A stretch of DNA of 64,000 bases, taken from the NCBI GenBank assembly GCA_026014565.1, contig JAOZIB010000043.1, positions 5,854 through 69,853 of the forward strand, in the 5' to 3' direction. The notes beneath the pieces were generated by a model. The model had not been told where the DNA came from and did not search any database. It saw only the letters and a program-made list of their open reading frames with translations. The DNA comes from Candidatus Bathyarchaeum sp. (GTDB taxonomy: Archaea > Thermoproteota > Bathyarchaeia > Bathyarchaeales > Bathyarchaeaceae). Numbering within the stretch: the first letter of the stretch is position 1; each line of letters begins with the position of its first letter. Shown here piece after piece: positions 1 to 9,269 of the stretch. The translations under genes were made by a program, and so were the position numbers.

Positions 1-756
1 AAAAAACAGCCAATGAAAGCCAAAGAATCTCTTGGAGTAGTTCCTCAAGACATTGTGCTGTACGACTATCTTAACGCTAAAGAAAACCTTTCATTTTATG
101 GCAGAATTTATGGGCTGTCAGGAAAAAAGCTCAAAACCAGAATAGAGGAGTTACTAAAGTTCACACAACTAGAAGAAAAGGCAGTTAAACGCCACGTTTC
201 CAAATACTCCGGAGGAATGAAACGACGAGTAAACATTGCCGCTGCCTTGTTGCATGAACCAGAAGTTATTTTGCTTGACGAGCCAACTGCAGGTCTTGAC
301 CCACAAAACAAACTTGCTCTTTGGGAAATTATTCAATCTTTGAAAGAACAAGGAAAAACAATCGTTCTAACCACCCATATGATGGAAGAAGCAGAAGAAC
401 TGTGCGAAAGAGTTGCAATAATGGATCATGGAAAAATTATTGCACTGGGCAGTCCTAAGGAATTAGTTAAAAAAGTCAAAATGGAAAATACAATAACTGT
501 TGTTCCCGACAAGATTACCTCTAAACTGATAGAGGACATAAAAACAATTGCTGGAATCAAAAATGTGTACAGTGTAATGAATGAAACCGAACAAATTGAA
601 ACTCTAAAAGTAATAACAGATTGCCCTGATGACATTCTTCCAGAAATTGTTTCAACCATCGTAAAAGATGGAACTAAAGTCTTGTCGATTCAATTATCAC
701 GGGTAACACTAGAAGACGTATTCATTGCCCTTACGGGAAGGAGCTTACGGGAGTAA
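1..756 (+). CDS. ABC transporter ATP-binding protein (5' end lies upstream of the window)
   Basis: Frame 1 is open from base 1. ABC signature YSGGMKRR, Walker B ILLDEPTAGLD, H-loop TTHMMEEA. Stop lies 5 nt before the permease gene. Confidence 0.9.
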   Translation, partial: KKQPMKAKESLGVVPQDIVLYDYLNAKENLSFYGRIYGLSGKKLKTRIEELLKFTQLEEKAVKRHVSKYSGGMKRRVNIAAALLHEPEVILLDEPTAGLDPQNKLALWEIIQSLKEQGKTIVLTTHMMEEAEELCERVAIMDHGKIIALGSPKELVKKVKMENTITVVPDKITSKLIEDIKTIAGIKNVYSVMNETEQIETLKVITDCPDDILPEIVSTIVKDGTKVLSIQLSRVTLEDVFIALTGRSLRE

Positions 757-761
757 CAACA

Positions 762-2024
762 ATGAAAATCAAAAGAGCAATAAACCAAATAGCAGCAGTT
801 GCAAAAACAGATTTTCTAGGAGTTCTCAGAAACAAAACTGCAATATTTTTCACGTTACTTTTCCCATTGTTTTTCATGGTAATTATTGGTTTCACTTTTG
901 GACAATCAGGAACAAGTTCTGCAAGCAACATTGTTGTTGGCGTAGTTAATCTAGATGACCAATTAATCAACATAAATGGTGCTACATCAGTAAACAGCAC
1001 GATTGGTGACACATTCATCGAGGCCCTTGAAACTACAAACTTTACCGTTTACAGTTATGACCAATACGGTGACAGAGACACCAACGCAACAGCAGCCTAC
1101 GCAATAAGCCGAGGCTATTTAGATGCAATTGTGGTAATTCCCGCCAATTTCACTGAGACACTGTCATTCCAGTATCTAAATGAGACAGGAATGCCCCGTC
1201 CCACACAAGCCAGCATTGAACTGTTTGTTGACCCAACAGACACAACAGGAGCCATGATAACCCAACAAAGTGTCCTTGGATTTATTTCTGGATTCGTTAA
1301 AGAGTATCAAAAAATTATTATCGATTATACACCTTCTGAAATGAAAGGTTTTGTTGAAGTTCTTGCCGACCCCATCAACGTGACCACTAGCAATGCAGAA
1401 GTAACAGAAAACGAACTGCAATGGATAGACTACATGATTCCCGGAACCCTCGGTCTCGTGCTTTTGTGGAGTGGACTAAATCATGCTTCAATGACCATCG
1501 CAACCGAACGCACCAAAGGAACATTCCAAAGAATGATTATCGCGCCGGTTTCACCAACTGTTGTTCTGATTGGAAAATTCCTCTCAAACTTGGCTCTAGT
1601 TTACATGTCTGGTTTTATTATGCTGGTCAGCGGAATACTGCTGTTTCAAGTCAATCTTTACTGGAACATTCCAGTAATCATCCTAGCCATGTTTTTGGGT
1701 TCTCTTTCTGCCATTGGGATTGGTCTTATCATTTCTTCAGTAGCAAAAAATGAAGAAGCAGCCAACTCGATCGCAGTAATCATCAGCGTTCCGTTACAGT
1801 TCTTTATTGGTGCATTTTTCCCCTTGGAAATGATGCCCCAAGCAGCCCAAGCATTCGGGCGAGCATTACCGTTTACAAAGATGGTTGATGCAATGACGGA
1901 TATAATGACAAGAAACCTAGGAATAGAAGCAATTCTTCCGGAATTGTTGTACCTAACTGTTTCGGGAATAGTACTGATTGCACTAGGAACAATTGCATAC
2001 AGAATTTCATTGAAGCGCCTGTAA
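762..2024 (+). CDS. ABC-2 type transporter permease
   Basis: 420 aa. N-terminal TM helix, large extracytoplasmic loop, then a cluster of C-terminal TM helices. Tightly coupled to the upstream ATPase. Confidence 0.85.
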   Translation: MKIKRAINQIAAVAKTDFLGVLRNKTAIFFTLLFPLFFMVIIGFTFGQSGTSSASNIVVGVVNLDDQLININGATSVNSTIGDTFIEALETTNFTVYSYDQYGDRDTNATAAYAISRGYLDAIVVIPANFTETLSFQYLNETGMPRPTQASIELFVDPTDTTGAMITQQSVLGFISGFVKEYQKIIIDYTPSEMKGFVEVLADPINVTTSNAEVTENELQWIDYMIPGTLGLVLLWSGLNHASMTIATERTKGTFQRMIIAPVSPTVVLIGKFLSNLALVYMSGFIMLVSGILLFQVNLYWNIPVIILAMFLGSLSAIGIGLIISSVAKNEEAANSIAVIISVPLQFFIGAFFPLEMMPQAAQAFGRALPFTKMVDAMTDIMTRNLGIEAILPELLYLTVSGIVLIALGTIAYRISLKRL

Positions 2025-2079
2025 GAAACAGATAGCTTATTATCACTCCAACCCTACTTATTTTGTTAGGGGATATTTT

Positions 2080-2313
2080 ATGGTTAAATCTATCAAAGAA
2101 CAAGTTGCACAATGCCTAGAAGAAGTTAGACCACAACTACAAGCAGACGGCGGAGACATAGAACTAGTAGACGTAGTAAAGGACACAGCAAAAGTCAAAC
2201 TCAAAGGCGCATGCAACGGATGCCCAATGTCAGCAATGACCATGCAATGGGGCGTAGAAAACTGCATCAAAAAACGAGTACCAGAAATAAAGAAAGTAGA
2301 AGTTGTCCAATAA
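2080..2313 (+). CDS. NifU-like (Nfu) Fe-S cluster domain protein
   Basis: 77 aa with DGGDIELV ... LKGACNGCPMS, the NifU C-terminal domain pattern. Confidence 0.8.
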   Translation: MVKSIKEQVAQCLEEVRPQLQADGGDIELVDVVKDTAKVKLKGACNGCPMSAMTMQWGVENCIKKRVPEIKKVEVVQ

Positions 2314-2598
2314 AGTCTGCATAATTCACTCAAAGTTTAAAAGAATAAAAAGTTCAGCTTCAAATAAGTTGAAAAATTGACTCGTCACAAAATAAAGCAA
2401 TAATCAACTTGTTTGAGCGTAAATATTTTTTGAAAAATAAAAAAATTCTAATTTTTCAAAGTAAAACAACGAACCGATCAAACAGAATACAAAATACGCA
2501 AAGAATAATTGAGTTTCTACGGCTCCAAACTGCTCATTGAGATGAGTGCGTAAAATTCACTCTGCAAACTGAACTAAAGGGAGAGTTTTTACTAGTTT

Positions 2599-2925
2599 TT
2601 AGCTGCGAGTCTTGTTTAGGTGACATTTTCCGCCGGTGGGGCAGAATTTTTTGGCGTGATTTTCAACTGTTTTGAAAAGGGCTCCAACGGTTTCTTTGTT
2701 TACAGAGTAGATTCGTTTTTTTCCGTCGGGTTCGCTGTACACGAAGTTGCATTCAAGAAGGGGTTTGAGGTTGTGTGAAACCATGCTTTGCTCTTGTTCG
2801 ATTGCGTCAGCGAGTTCGTTTACGCTCATTGGTTTTTTCATCAGTTGTTCTAGTATTGCTAACCGGGCAGGATTTGCCAAGTTAACAAAGAACCTGTAGC
2901 ATATTTCACTTAACCCTTTTTTCAT
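2599..2925 (-). CDS. ArsR/SmtB-family winged-helix regulator
   Basis: LANPARLAILEQLMKKPMSVNELA HTH region and a C-terminal Cys pair. Lies 20 nt downstream of hcp on the same strand. Confidence 0.8.
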   Translation of the reverse strand: MKKGLSEICYRFFVNLANPARLAILEQLMKKPMSVNELADAIEQEQSMVSHNLKPLLECNFVYSEPDGKKRIYSVNKETVGALFKTVENHAKKFCPTGGKCHLNKTRS

Positions 2926-2945
2926 TGGTAATCAGACTTCTGTAT

Positions 2946-4586
2946 TTATCCTAGTATTGCTTTAAGGTCTTTCTCTGCAGTAGTTGTCGGCATTATGTTA
3001 AAGTTTTTCACCAAAACATCCAAAACATTAGGAGTAATGAAAGCAGGCAAACTAGGACCTAAACGGATGTTTTTGATTCCCAGATACAGCAAAGTCAACA
3101 GAATGGCAACAGCCTTTTGTTCATACCATGATAACACCATCGACAAAGGCAGTTCATTAACTCCTACACCAAACACTTCAGCAAGGGCAACTGCTACTTT
3201 GATAGCAGAATAGGCATCATTGCATTGTCCAACATCCAAGAGGCGAGGCAAATCTCCCAGAGTCCCAAGGTCCTTGTCAAAGAATCTGAATTTACCACAG
3301 GCCAAGGTTAGAACAATGGTGTCAGGGGGAGTCATTTCAACCAGTTCAGTGAAGTAGTTTCGTCCAGGCTTTGCACCATCACAGCCTCCAACCAGCAAAA
3401 TGTGCCTAAGTTCTTTGGTTTTAACTGCATCAACAACTTTGTCAGCTACACTAAGGATGGCGTTTCGTGCAAATCCCACTATTACAGTTTTTCCGGGTTG
3501 ATCTTCAGTGAAACCTTCCAGTTCTAGAGCTTTCTTTATTACTGGAGTGAAGTCTTTGTTTTCTATGTGGATTATATTTTCCCAGCCTACTAGACCAGTT
3601 GTGAAAATGTTGTCGGCATAACTTCCTGCAGGGCGTTGAAGACAGTTTGTGGTCATCAAGATTGCTCCGGGAAAAGCTTTGAATTCTTTTTGTTGGTTTT
3701 GCCACGCAGTTCCATAATGACCATAGAAATGAGAGTACTTCTTTAGTTCTGGATACCCGTGGGCGGGAAGCATTTCTCCATGAGTGTAGACGTTGATTCC
3801 TTTGCCTTCTGATTGTTTGAGAATTTCTTCCAAATCTTTCAGGTCATGACCCGAAACAAGAATAGCCTTGCCTTTTTTCGCGCCAAGAGGGACATTTGTT
3901 GGAACCGGATGACCATAAGTTCCCGTGTTTGCCGCATCTAGAAGTTCCATTGCACGCAAGTTGATTTTTCCACATTTCAAAACTAAGCCAACAAGATCAT
4001 CGACAGTAAGAGAATTATTCAAAGTAGCTACAAGGGCTTCATATATGAAGGTGTACACTTCAGGATCATTTTGTCCCAGAATTTCGGCATGATCTGCGTA
4101 TGCTGCTACTCCTTTGATTCCGTATGTCAGAATTTGTCTGAGGGACTGAATGGCTGGATCAAGTGCTGGATTAGAAAGTATTCCAACTGTTTTTCCTTGT
4201 TCAACCAACTGGGATACAGTGTCTTTCGGAATAAAATTTGCAACTTCATCATAAGAAATTATTAAACCACATTTTTTGATTTCCTGTTTTAGGGAGTCGC
4301 GTAATTGTGCAGTTTTTTTGATTAAGGTTTCAAAGCGGGAAGGGTCAAAATTTACGTTTGTTAAAGTTGAAAAAAGAGCTTTACAAGTAAATATGTCTGC
4401 TTCGTCAGTTGGTATATTTTGTTTTTTTGCTTCAAGGGCAACCTGTGAAAGACCCTTTAAAGCATAAACTAGAAGATCCTGCAGAGCAGCCACCTCTGGG
4501 CTTTTTCCACAAACCCCATGTTGGGTACAGCCTTTTTCGTTGGCAGTTTGTTCGCATTGGTAACAAAACATTTTTTGGTTTGACAT
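2946..4586 (-). CDS. hcp: hybrid-cluster protein / hydroxylamine reductase
   Basis: N-terminal CYQCEQTA..GVCGK cysteine cluster, then GGCDG, LACGKFRF and GQCNDAYS motifs. Start taken at MSNQKMFCYQCEQ (GTGA-like SD upstream); the ORF is open to 4619. Confidence 0.9.
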   Translation of the reverse strand: MSNQKMFCYQCEQTANEKGCTQHGVCGKSPEVAALQDLLVYALKGLSQVALEAKKQNIPTDEADIFTCKALFSTLTNVNFDPSRFETLIKKTAQLRDSLKQEIKKCGLIISYDEVANFIPKDTVSQLVEQGKTVGILSNPALDPAIQSLRQILTYGIKGVAAYADHAEILGQNDPEVYTFIYEALVATLNNSLTVDDLVGLVLKCGKINLRAMELLDAANTGTYGHPVPTNVPLGAKKGKAILVSGHDLKDLEEILKQSEGKGINVYTHGEMLPAHGYPELKKYSHFYGHYGTAWQNQQKEFKAFPGAILMTTNCLQRPAGSYADNIFTTGLVGWENIIHIENKDFTPVIKKALELEGFTEDQPGKTVIVGFARNAILSVADKVVDAVKTKELRHILLVGGCDGAKPGRNYFTELVEMTPPDTIVLTLACGKFRFFDKDLGTLGDLPRLLDVGQCNDAYSAIKVAVALAEVFGVGVNELPLSMVLSWYEQKAVAILLTLLYLGIKNIRLGPSLPAFITPNVLDVLVKNFNIMPTTTAEKDLKAILG

Positions 4587-4728
4587 GACACTCACACACT
4601 TTAATGAATAATTTTTCATATGTATTATCCTTCATATAAAATCTTTGGTTACACTAAGAGATTACATACGAGAACCAAAACAAATGGAAAAAAGGATAGA
4701 CAACCAAAAAGAACTGCTTTGAACCGCG

Positions 4729-6510
4729 CTACAAGTACGCCTCAGACGCGTATCTGCGCATCATCCTATGACTGTTGAAATAGTAGGCAACTTTACCGAT
4801 GGAATTTTTCATCAATTTTATCCACTCATCCCTGTTCTTATAAAAAGTGGGAATGATCAAGTAATCCAATTTATCATAAAGCTGAGTTATTTCAAGGCGC
4901 CTTCGTTCTGCATCATCCATTTCTTCTTTTGGCGAGGGACCAATAGCCCACCCAGTTACACCTTCGATGCACCCTTCTACCCACCAACCGTCCAAAACAC
5001 TGAAGTTAATTACCCCATTATGGGCCGCTTTCATTCCACTTGTTCCAGAAGCCTCAAAAGGAGGAATTGGCGTGTTCAACCAAACGTCCACGCCAGAGGT
5101 ATACATAGAAGCCATTTCAAGCCCATAATTTTCCAAATAAACAATTTTCATTGTGTCATTGAGTTTTTCCTTAAGGTCATTAATTTCTTCAATTAACCGT
5201 TTTCCCATCCAGTCTTTTGGGTGAGCTTTTCCAGCAAAAACTACTTGAATTTTTCCAATTTTGTTGATTTCTTCCAAGCGCTTTAGGTTAGAAAACAGTA
5301 AAGTTGCACGTTTATATCCCGTAAATCTGCGAGCAAAACCTAAAGTAAGAACGTCAGGATTTAATTGAACCCCTGAGTGCTCACGGACATATCGTATCAA
5401 ATTTTCTTTTGCTTCCACATGGGCACGCCAGATTTCTTCGTCGGGTATGCTGTCTACTCTAACCAAAAGTTCAGGTTCATTTGCCCATCCAGGCAAATAC
5501 TTGTCAAAAAGAGTTCTGAAGCATTTGCAAGTCCAACTAAAGGAATGAACTCCGTTAGTAATAGCAGAAATGTTGTATCCGGGAAAAAGGGTTAGAGAAA
5601 ATTCTGTGTGTCGTTTTGCAACTCCATTCACATATTTACTAGTGTTAAGTGCTAAACGAGTCATGTTTAGTTGATCGTTGCCAGCAAGTTTTTTTAGGGT
5701 TTCAATAGAAACCAAATCGCCGAGCATATTTTGGATAAGCTCATAAGAGAATTTGTCATGTCCCGCCTCCACTGGAGTGTGGGTCGTGAATATGCAAAGG
5801 TCTCGGACGTTGTCAATCTCTTTGCCGTTTTCCGCAAGTAACTGAAGGGTCAATAGACTTGAATGCCCCTCGTTCATGTGATATTTTCCAACATTAAAGC
5901 CCGCGGCAGCAAGCATTTTTACGCCACCCACTCCCAAAATGATTTCCTGTTTTAAGCGATATTCCCTATCGCCTCCATACAAAAAGGAAGTTATTTCCCG
6001 ATCTTCCGGGGCATTGCCTTCAACGTCGGTGTCAAGAAACAAAACAGAAACCAAGCCACCTGAAGGGCTTTGATAGTCGTACATCCAAGCTTTGACTTTA
6101 ACTGTTCGGTTTTGAATTTTTACTTCAACGTGAGCAGGTATTTCAGTCATTACCGCAAAAGGTGTCCAATCGTCTGGGTGCTCAATTTGTTTTCCATCTT
6201 TGATTTCTTGTTTTAAGTATCCTTTTCGACTAACAAGGGTTACTCCAACTAAAGGAATCTTAAGATCAGCACTGGATTTGATAACATCTCCGGCGAGAAC
6301 GCCTAATCCTCCGCTGTAGGTGTGAATGTTTTGGTCTAAACCTATTTCCATAGAAAAATATGCAATTTTTTTTCCTCGTAAAAATGAGCGCTTACAGTAT
6401 TCTCCGCAAAAATAGTATGTTCGACCCCGCACTTCCGCCTTGAACTCATCTTTAGGTTCAATCAAAGGCAATCCACAAACGGGGTCTCTTAACATTTTTT
6501 TCACGGCCAC
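4729..6510 (-). CDS. glgP: alpha-glucan phosphorylase (GT35) with N-terminal YHS/TRASH-like Cys motif
   Basis: YSGGLGVLAGD and the PLP-lysine region GTSGMKAAHNG. Residues 8-45 read DPVCG...YYFCGEYCKRSF. Confidence 0.85.
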   Translation of the reverse strand: MAVKKMLRDPVCGLPLIEPKDEFKAEVRGRTYYFCGEYCKRSFLRGKKIAYFSMEIGLDQNIHTYSGGLGVLAGDVIKSSADLKIPLVGVTLVSRKGYLKQEIKDGKQIEHPDDWTPFAVMTEIPAHVEVKIQNRTVKVKAWMYDYQSPSGGLVSVLFLDTDVEGNAPEDREITSFLYGGDREYRLKQEIILGVGGVKMLAAAGFNVGKYHMNEGHSSLLTLQLLAENGKEIDNVRDLCIFTTHTPVEAGHDKFSYELIQNMLGDLVSIETLKKLAGNDQLNMTRLALNTSKYVNGVAKRHTEFSLTLFPGYNISAITNGVHSFSWTCKCFRTLFDKYLPGWANEPELLVRVDSIPDEEIWRAHVEAKENLIRYVREHSGVQLNPDVLTLGFARRFTGYKRATLLFSNLKRLEEINKIGKIQVVFAGKAHPKDWMGKRLIEEINDLKEKLNDTMKIVYLENYGLEMASMYTSGVDVWLNTPIPPFEASGTSGMKAAHNGVINFSVLDGWWVEGCIEGVTGWAIGPSPKEEMDDAERRRLEITQLYDKLDYLIIPTFYKNRDEWIKLMKNSIGKVAYYFNSHRMMRRYASEAYL

Positions 6511-6537
6511 CTATAATTAATTTAAGATGTATCATAG

Positions 6538-8148
6538 TCACTTTTTCTGCTTCTTTAAGGTTACAGATTTTGGGGCAGAAATTTTTTTCAGGTTGTTTAA
6601 TCTGTTTCCAAGGATAAACAATAGTTTCTTGCGTAATTTTTCACCATGCAGTTTCCTTTTCAAGGAACCCACTTGGCTTATCTCACAGGCTAGTTTGTCG
6701 TCGCCCACTACTTGGTTTATCCAGCGTTCAAAATCTCCTTGTTCCATGTGAAATTCAATGGCGCGGAGATTTATGGTTTTTAGTTCATCATAAAATTCTT
6801 GAAGACTGTGCACAGTTAACCCAGAAGACAACGGGAACTCATAAGAAAACTTGAATCCCATGCCAGAGGGCAATCTGCGGAGAATCATTTTGGCGGCTAG
6901 TTCAGGTTTTTCTAGTTCCAGGCGAATTCTTGCTTCTAGGTCGGATAGAATTCTGGAATAAACGGCAAAGGCTTCTACTGGGCTGCCCATGGAACTAAAA
7001 TAATTATGAACGTCTCCAGGTCCGCCACCTTTCATAGACAAATAATACAGGTGGTCGCTTTGTTGCAGGTATCTCCACAACCAAGTTAGTTCTTTGTCTG
7101 CGATTCCTTTGATTAAGGGCTCAAGCTCTTTGAGGGACTCGTAACAGATGTTTTGAATCGGATTACCAATCCATGCGCTGGTGTCGCGTTCTATGTCCGC
7201 CCACGAAACGGTGTTGTATTCGTGGATGTCCACTTCTCCAACGGGTTCGTGCCGTGTGATTACTTCAGTTGGAGTTCGCCAGTTAAGGTGATGCCATTTG
7301 TTGACTTCGTGGGGCAGAGCTTTCAAGAATTCGTGAATTCCGGTTTCGGGCCAGTGGTGTTCCCCAAAGGTTTCGTAATCAACAAAAACTACAATTACCT
7401 GTCCTTGGGTTCCAGCCAACCATCGAGCATATTTGGTGGCGGTTAAGGGGTATTCGTTCCACCAATGGGAAGAAAACCGAAAACCAATATCATCAGAAAG
7501 GTTATAGTTGCGCAACAAAACCGGAAGACCAGAACCCTTAGCCAGGTAAACATAGTTTGGGCTTCTTCCATGAAGGGTGCTTTCTATTCCTTCGGTTATG
7601 GTTCCTTTGTAGCCCATTTTTTTCATAGTTTCTGCGATAGAGTTATTGAATAAAAGTTCAGTATTTTCAATAAAAGTTGGCATATAACCAATCAGTTCAG
7701 TCATGAGTTTTCTATGCATTTTGATTTGTTCAATAAACTCTGACCGCTCATTGTCGTACAAGCTGGCTAAAGAGTGAAAATAGGTTTCTTCCAAAAATTC
7801 TACGCAATCTGTTTTGGCAAGTTCCTTGAAAGATTCAATGAGTTCAGGCTGATATAGTTCGCACTGTTCAAGAAACACTCCAGACATTCCATATGCTACT
7901 TTGAAGGGTTTGCCAGCGTCTTTAGTTTGGTTGATTTGTTCAAGGATTATGTTATTTGCGGGCAGGTAACATTTTCGCGCAGCGCGCTCAAAAACAAAAC
8001 GGTTCAAGCCGTTGTCAAAATACAGGTCAAAAAGGTCTTGTTTGGTTAGTTTACCTTTAACAAGCAGATCGGAATGAAAGTTTCTGTTCAGCCTAAAAGG
8101 TTGATGAACCTCGAACATTAAACAAACGTCAGTCATGGTTAACCACAA
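6538..8148 (-). CDS. glycoside hydrolase family 57 enzyme with C-terminal extension
   Basis: FEVHQPFRLN and DYETFGEHHWPE motifs typical of GH57. Lies 27 nt downstream of the phosphorylase gene... sorry, upstream of it on the minus strand, so a likely operon. Confidence 0.8.
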   Translation of the reverse strand: MWLTMTDVCLMFEVHQPFRLNRNFHSDLLVKGKLTKQDLFDLYFDNGLNRFVFERAARKCYLPANNIILEQINQTKDAGKPFKVAYGMSGVFLEQCELYQPELIESFKELAKTDCVEFLEETYFHSLASLYDNERSEFIEQIKMHRKLMTELIGYMPTFIENTELLFNNSIAETMKKMGYKGTITEGIESTLHGRSPNYVYLAKGSGLPVLLRNYNLSDDIGFRFSSHWWNEYPLTATKYARWLAGTQGQVIVVFVDYETFGEHHWPETGIHEFLKALPHEVNKWHHLNWRTPTEVITRHEPVGEVDIHEYNTVSWADIERDTSAWIGNPIQNICYESLKELEPLIKGIADKELTWLWRYLQQSDHLYYLSMKGGGPGDVHNYFSSMGSPVEAFAVYSRILSDLEARIRLELEKPELAAKMILRRLPSGMGFKFSYEFPLSSGLTVHSLQEFYDELKTINLRAIEFHMEQGDFERWINQVVGDDKLACEISQVGSLKRKLHGEKLRKKLLFILGNRLNNLKKISAPKSVTLKKQKK

Positions 8149-8349
8149 AGCACAAACAAAGACACAAACAAAAAAACCAACAACCCTTTTTATAATTTCT
8201 TATTCATCAGCAAACCGTCAGATGACTATAGGCGATAACAATTGTGAGGTTTTGTGTTGATTTTTCCCAAAAAAGGTTGTCTTCAACATTCCAGTTCTAT
8301 TAGTGTGTACTAATATGTTCATGAAATATGAGGGAACAAAGGTCTGCAG

Positions 8350-9144
8350 TTATTTTTTGGGTTTTCTTCGCAATAACACAAGTAATACCACAATGATTAC
8401 TATCGCAGCCACTGATACGCCAAGGATAATTGGGGTTAAGTCTTGTTCGGGTTCGATGTAGTTTTCTTCTTCGTTTTGTGCTTGCTCTAAATACATAGAG
8501 GTACTTTGCAGTGCTGAAATAGCGTCTTCCCAGTTTTGTTGGGCAGCATGGCCTAAAGCGGCAGAATACGAGTTTTGGGCTTGTTCCAAATAAGATTGAG
8601 CCTCAGGGCTTTTGTAGGTTACATTTTCTGCAACTAAAATGTTGTGAGCGATTTCGTCAAGTAAGTCGTTATATGTGTCTTGCCAAAGATCTTGAATAAC
8701 TATTACCTCTGAGGGTGAATCCCATGAAAAACTTTCGCTTTGACCTTCTTCGAATGCATCCATGCCAACAAAATAACTATGGGAACCTACAGAAACATCA
8801 GAAGGAATTTCCACAACTATTGTTGAAAAAGTGTAAGACCCCCCTGCAGGAATAGTCACAGGGTCTTCTGACAAGTCGGGACCGACAAACCGAGCTGATT
8901 CCATCCAATCAAAGTGAAGACCAAAATAATAGACTTCAATTTGTTTTGAGCCTAGGTTTGTAAATAGCACATTAATTACAATATTACTGCCTTGTGCAGG
9001 AGTTTCATCAGAAAAAGTTACAGTTACTGCCCCATCATTTGTATCAAACCCAAAAACGACTCCACTGGAAAGGCTCCAAAAAAGGCAAAAACAAGTTACA
9101 AACATAATCAACCGAGAAAATTTCATCAAATTTTCACCTGTCAT
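8350..9144 (-). CDS. predicted surface protein (signal peptide, beta-rich domain, helical region, C-terminal TM anchor)
   Basis: N-terminal hydrophobic leader MKFSRLIMFVTCFCLFWSLSSG. C-terminal ILGVSVAAIVIIVVLLVLL followed by RRKPKK. Confidence 0.55.
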   Translation of the reverse strand: MTGENLMKFSRLIMFVTCFCLFWSLSSGVVFGFDTNDGAVTVTFSDETPAQGSNIVINVLFTNLGSKQIEVYYFGLHFDWMESARFVGPDLSEDPVTIPAGGSYTFSTIVVEIPSDVSVGSHSYFVGMDAFEEGQSESFSWDSPSEVIVIQDLWQDTYNDLLDEIAHNILVAENVTYKSPEAQSYLEQAQNSYSAALGHAAQQNWEDAISALQSTSMYLEQAQNEEENYIEPEQDLTPIILGVSVAAIVIIVVLLVLLRRKPKK

Positions 9145-9269
9145 CCAATATTTGCAGACTTAAAGAATATAATTTTTGGCTAACGTTGCCAAGGAAAAGG
9201 GTGTTAGGTTTTCCCAAATTTATAAAAACCTAAACAGGTTATTGATGTTAAAACAACAAATAGGAGTAA

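Noticed and set aside
2314-2598. 285-bp AT-rich gap between the Nfu and ArsR genes, with a duplicated AATTCACTC motif and a small CTCAT-TGAG-ATGAG hairpin.
   Set aside because: The motifs are short and of low information content in AT-rich DNA. There is no coherent structure or ORF. Not enough evidence to call a feature.
4768-5196. 142-aa plus-strand ORF inside the phosphorylase gene. Similar long antisense ORFs occur at 12688-13023, 21165-21548, 21940-22329, 27202-27654, 49917-50339 and 60404-60757.
   Set aside because: Each lies entirely within a well-supported gene on the opposite strand. Their translations are low-complexity or lack motifs. These are typical shadow ORFs in AT-rich coding sequence.
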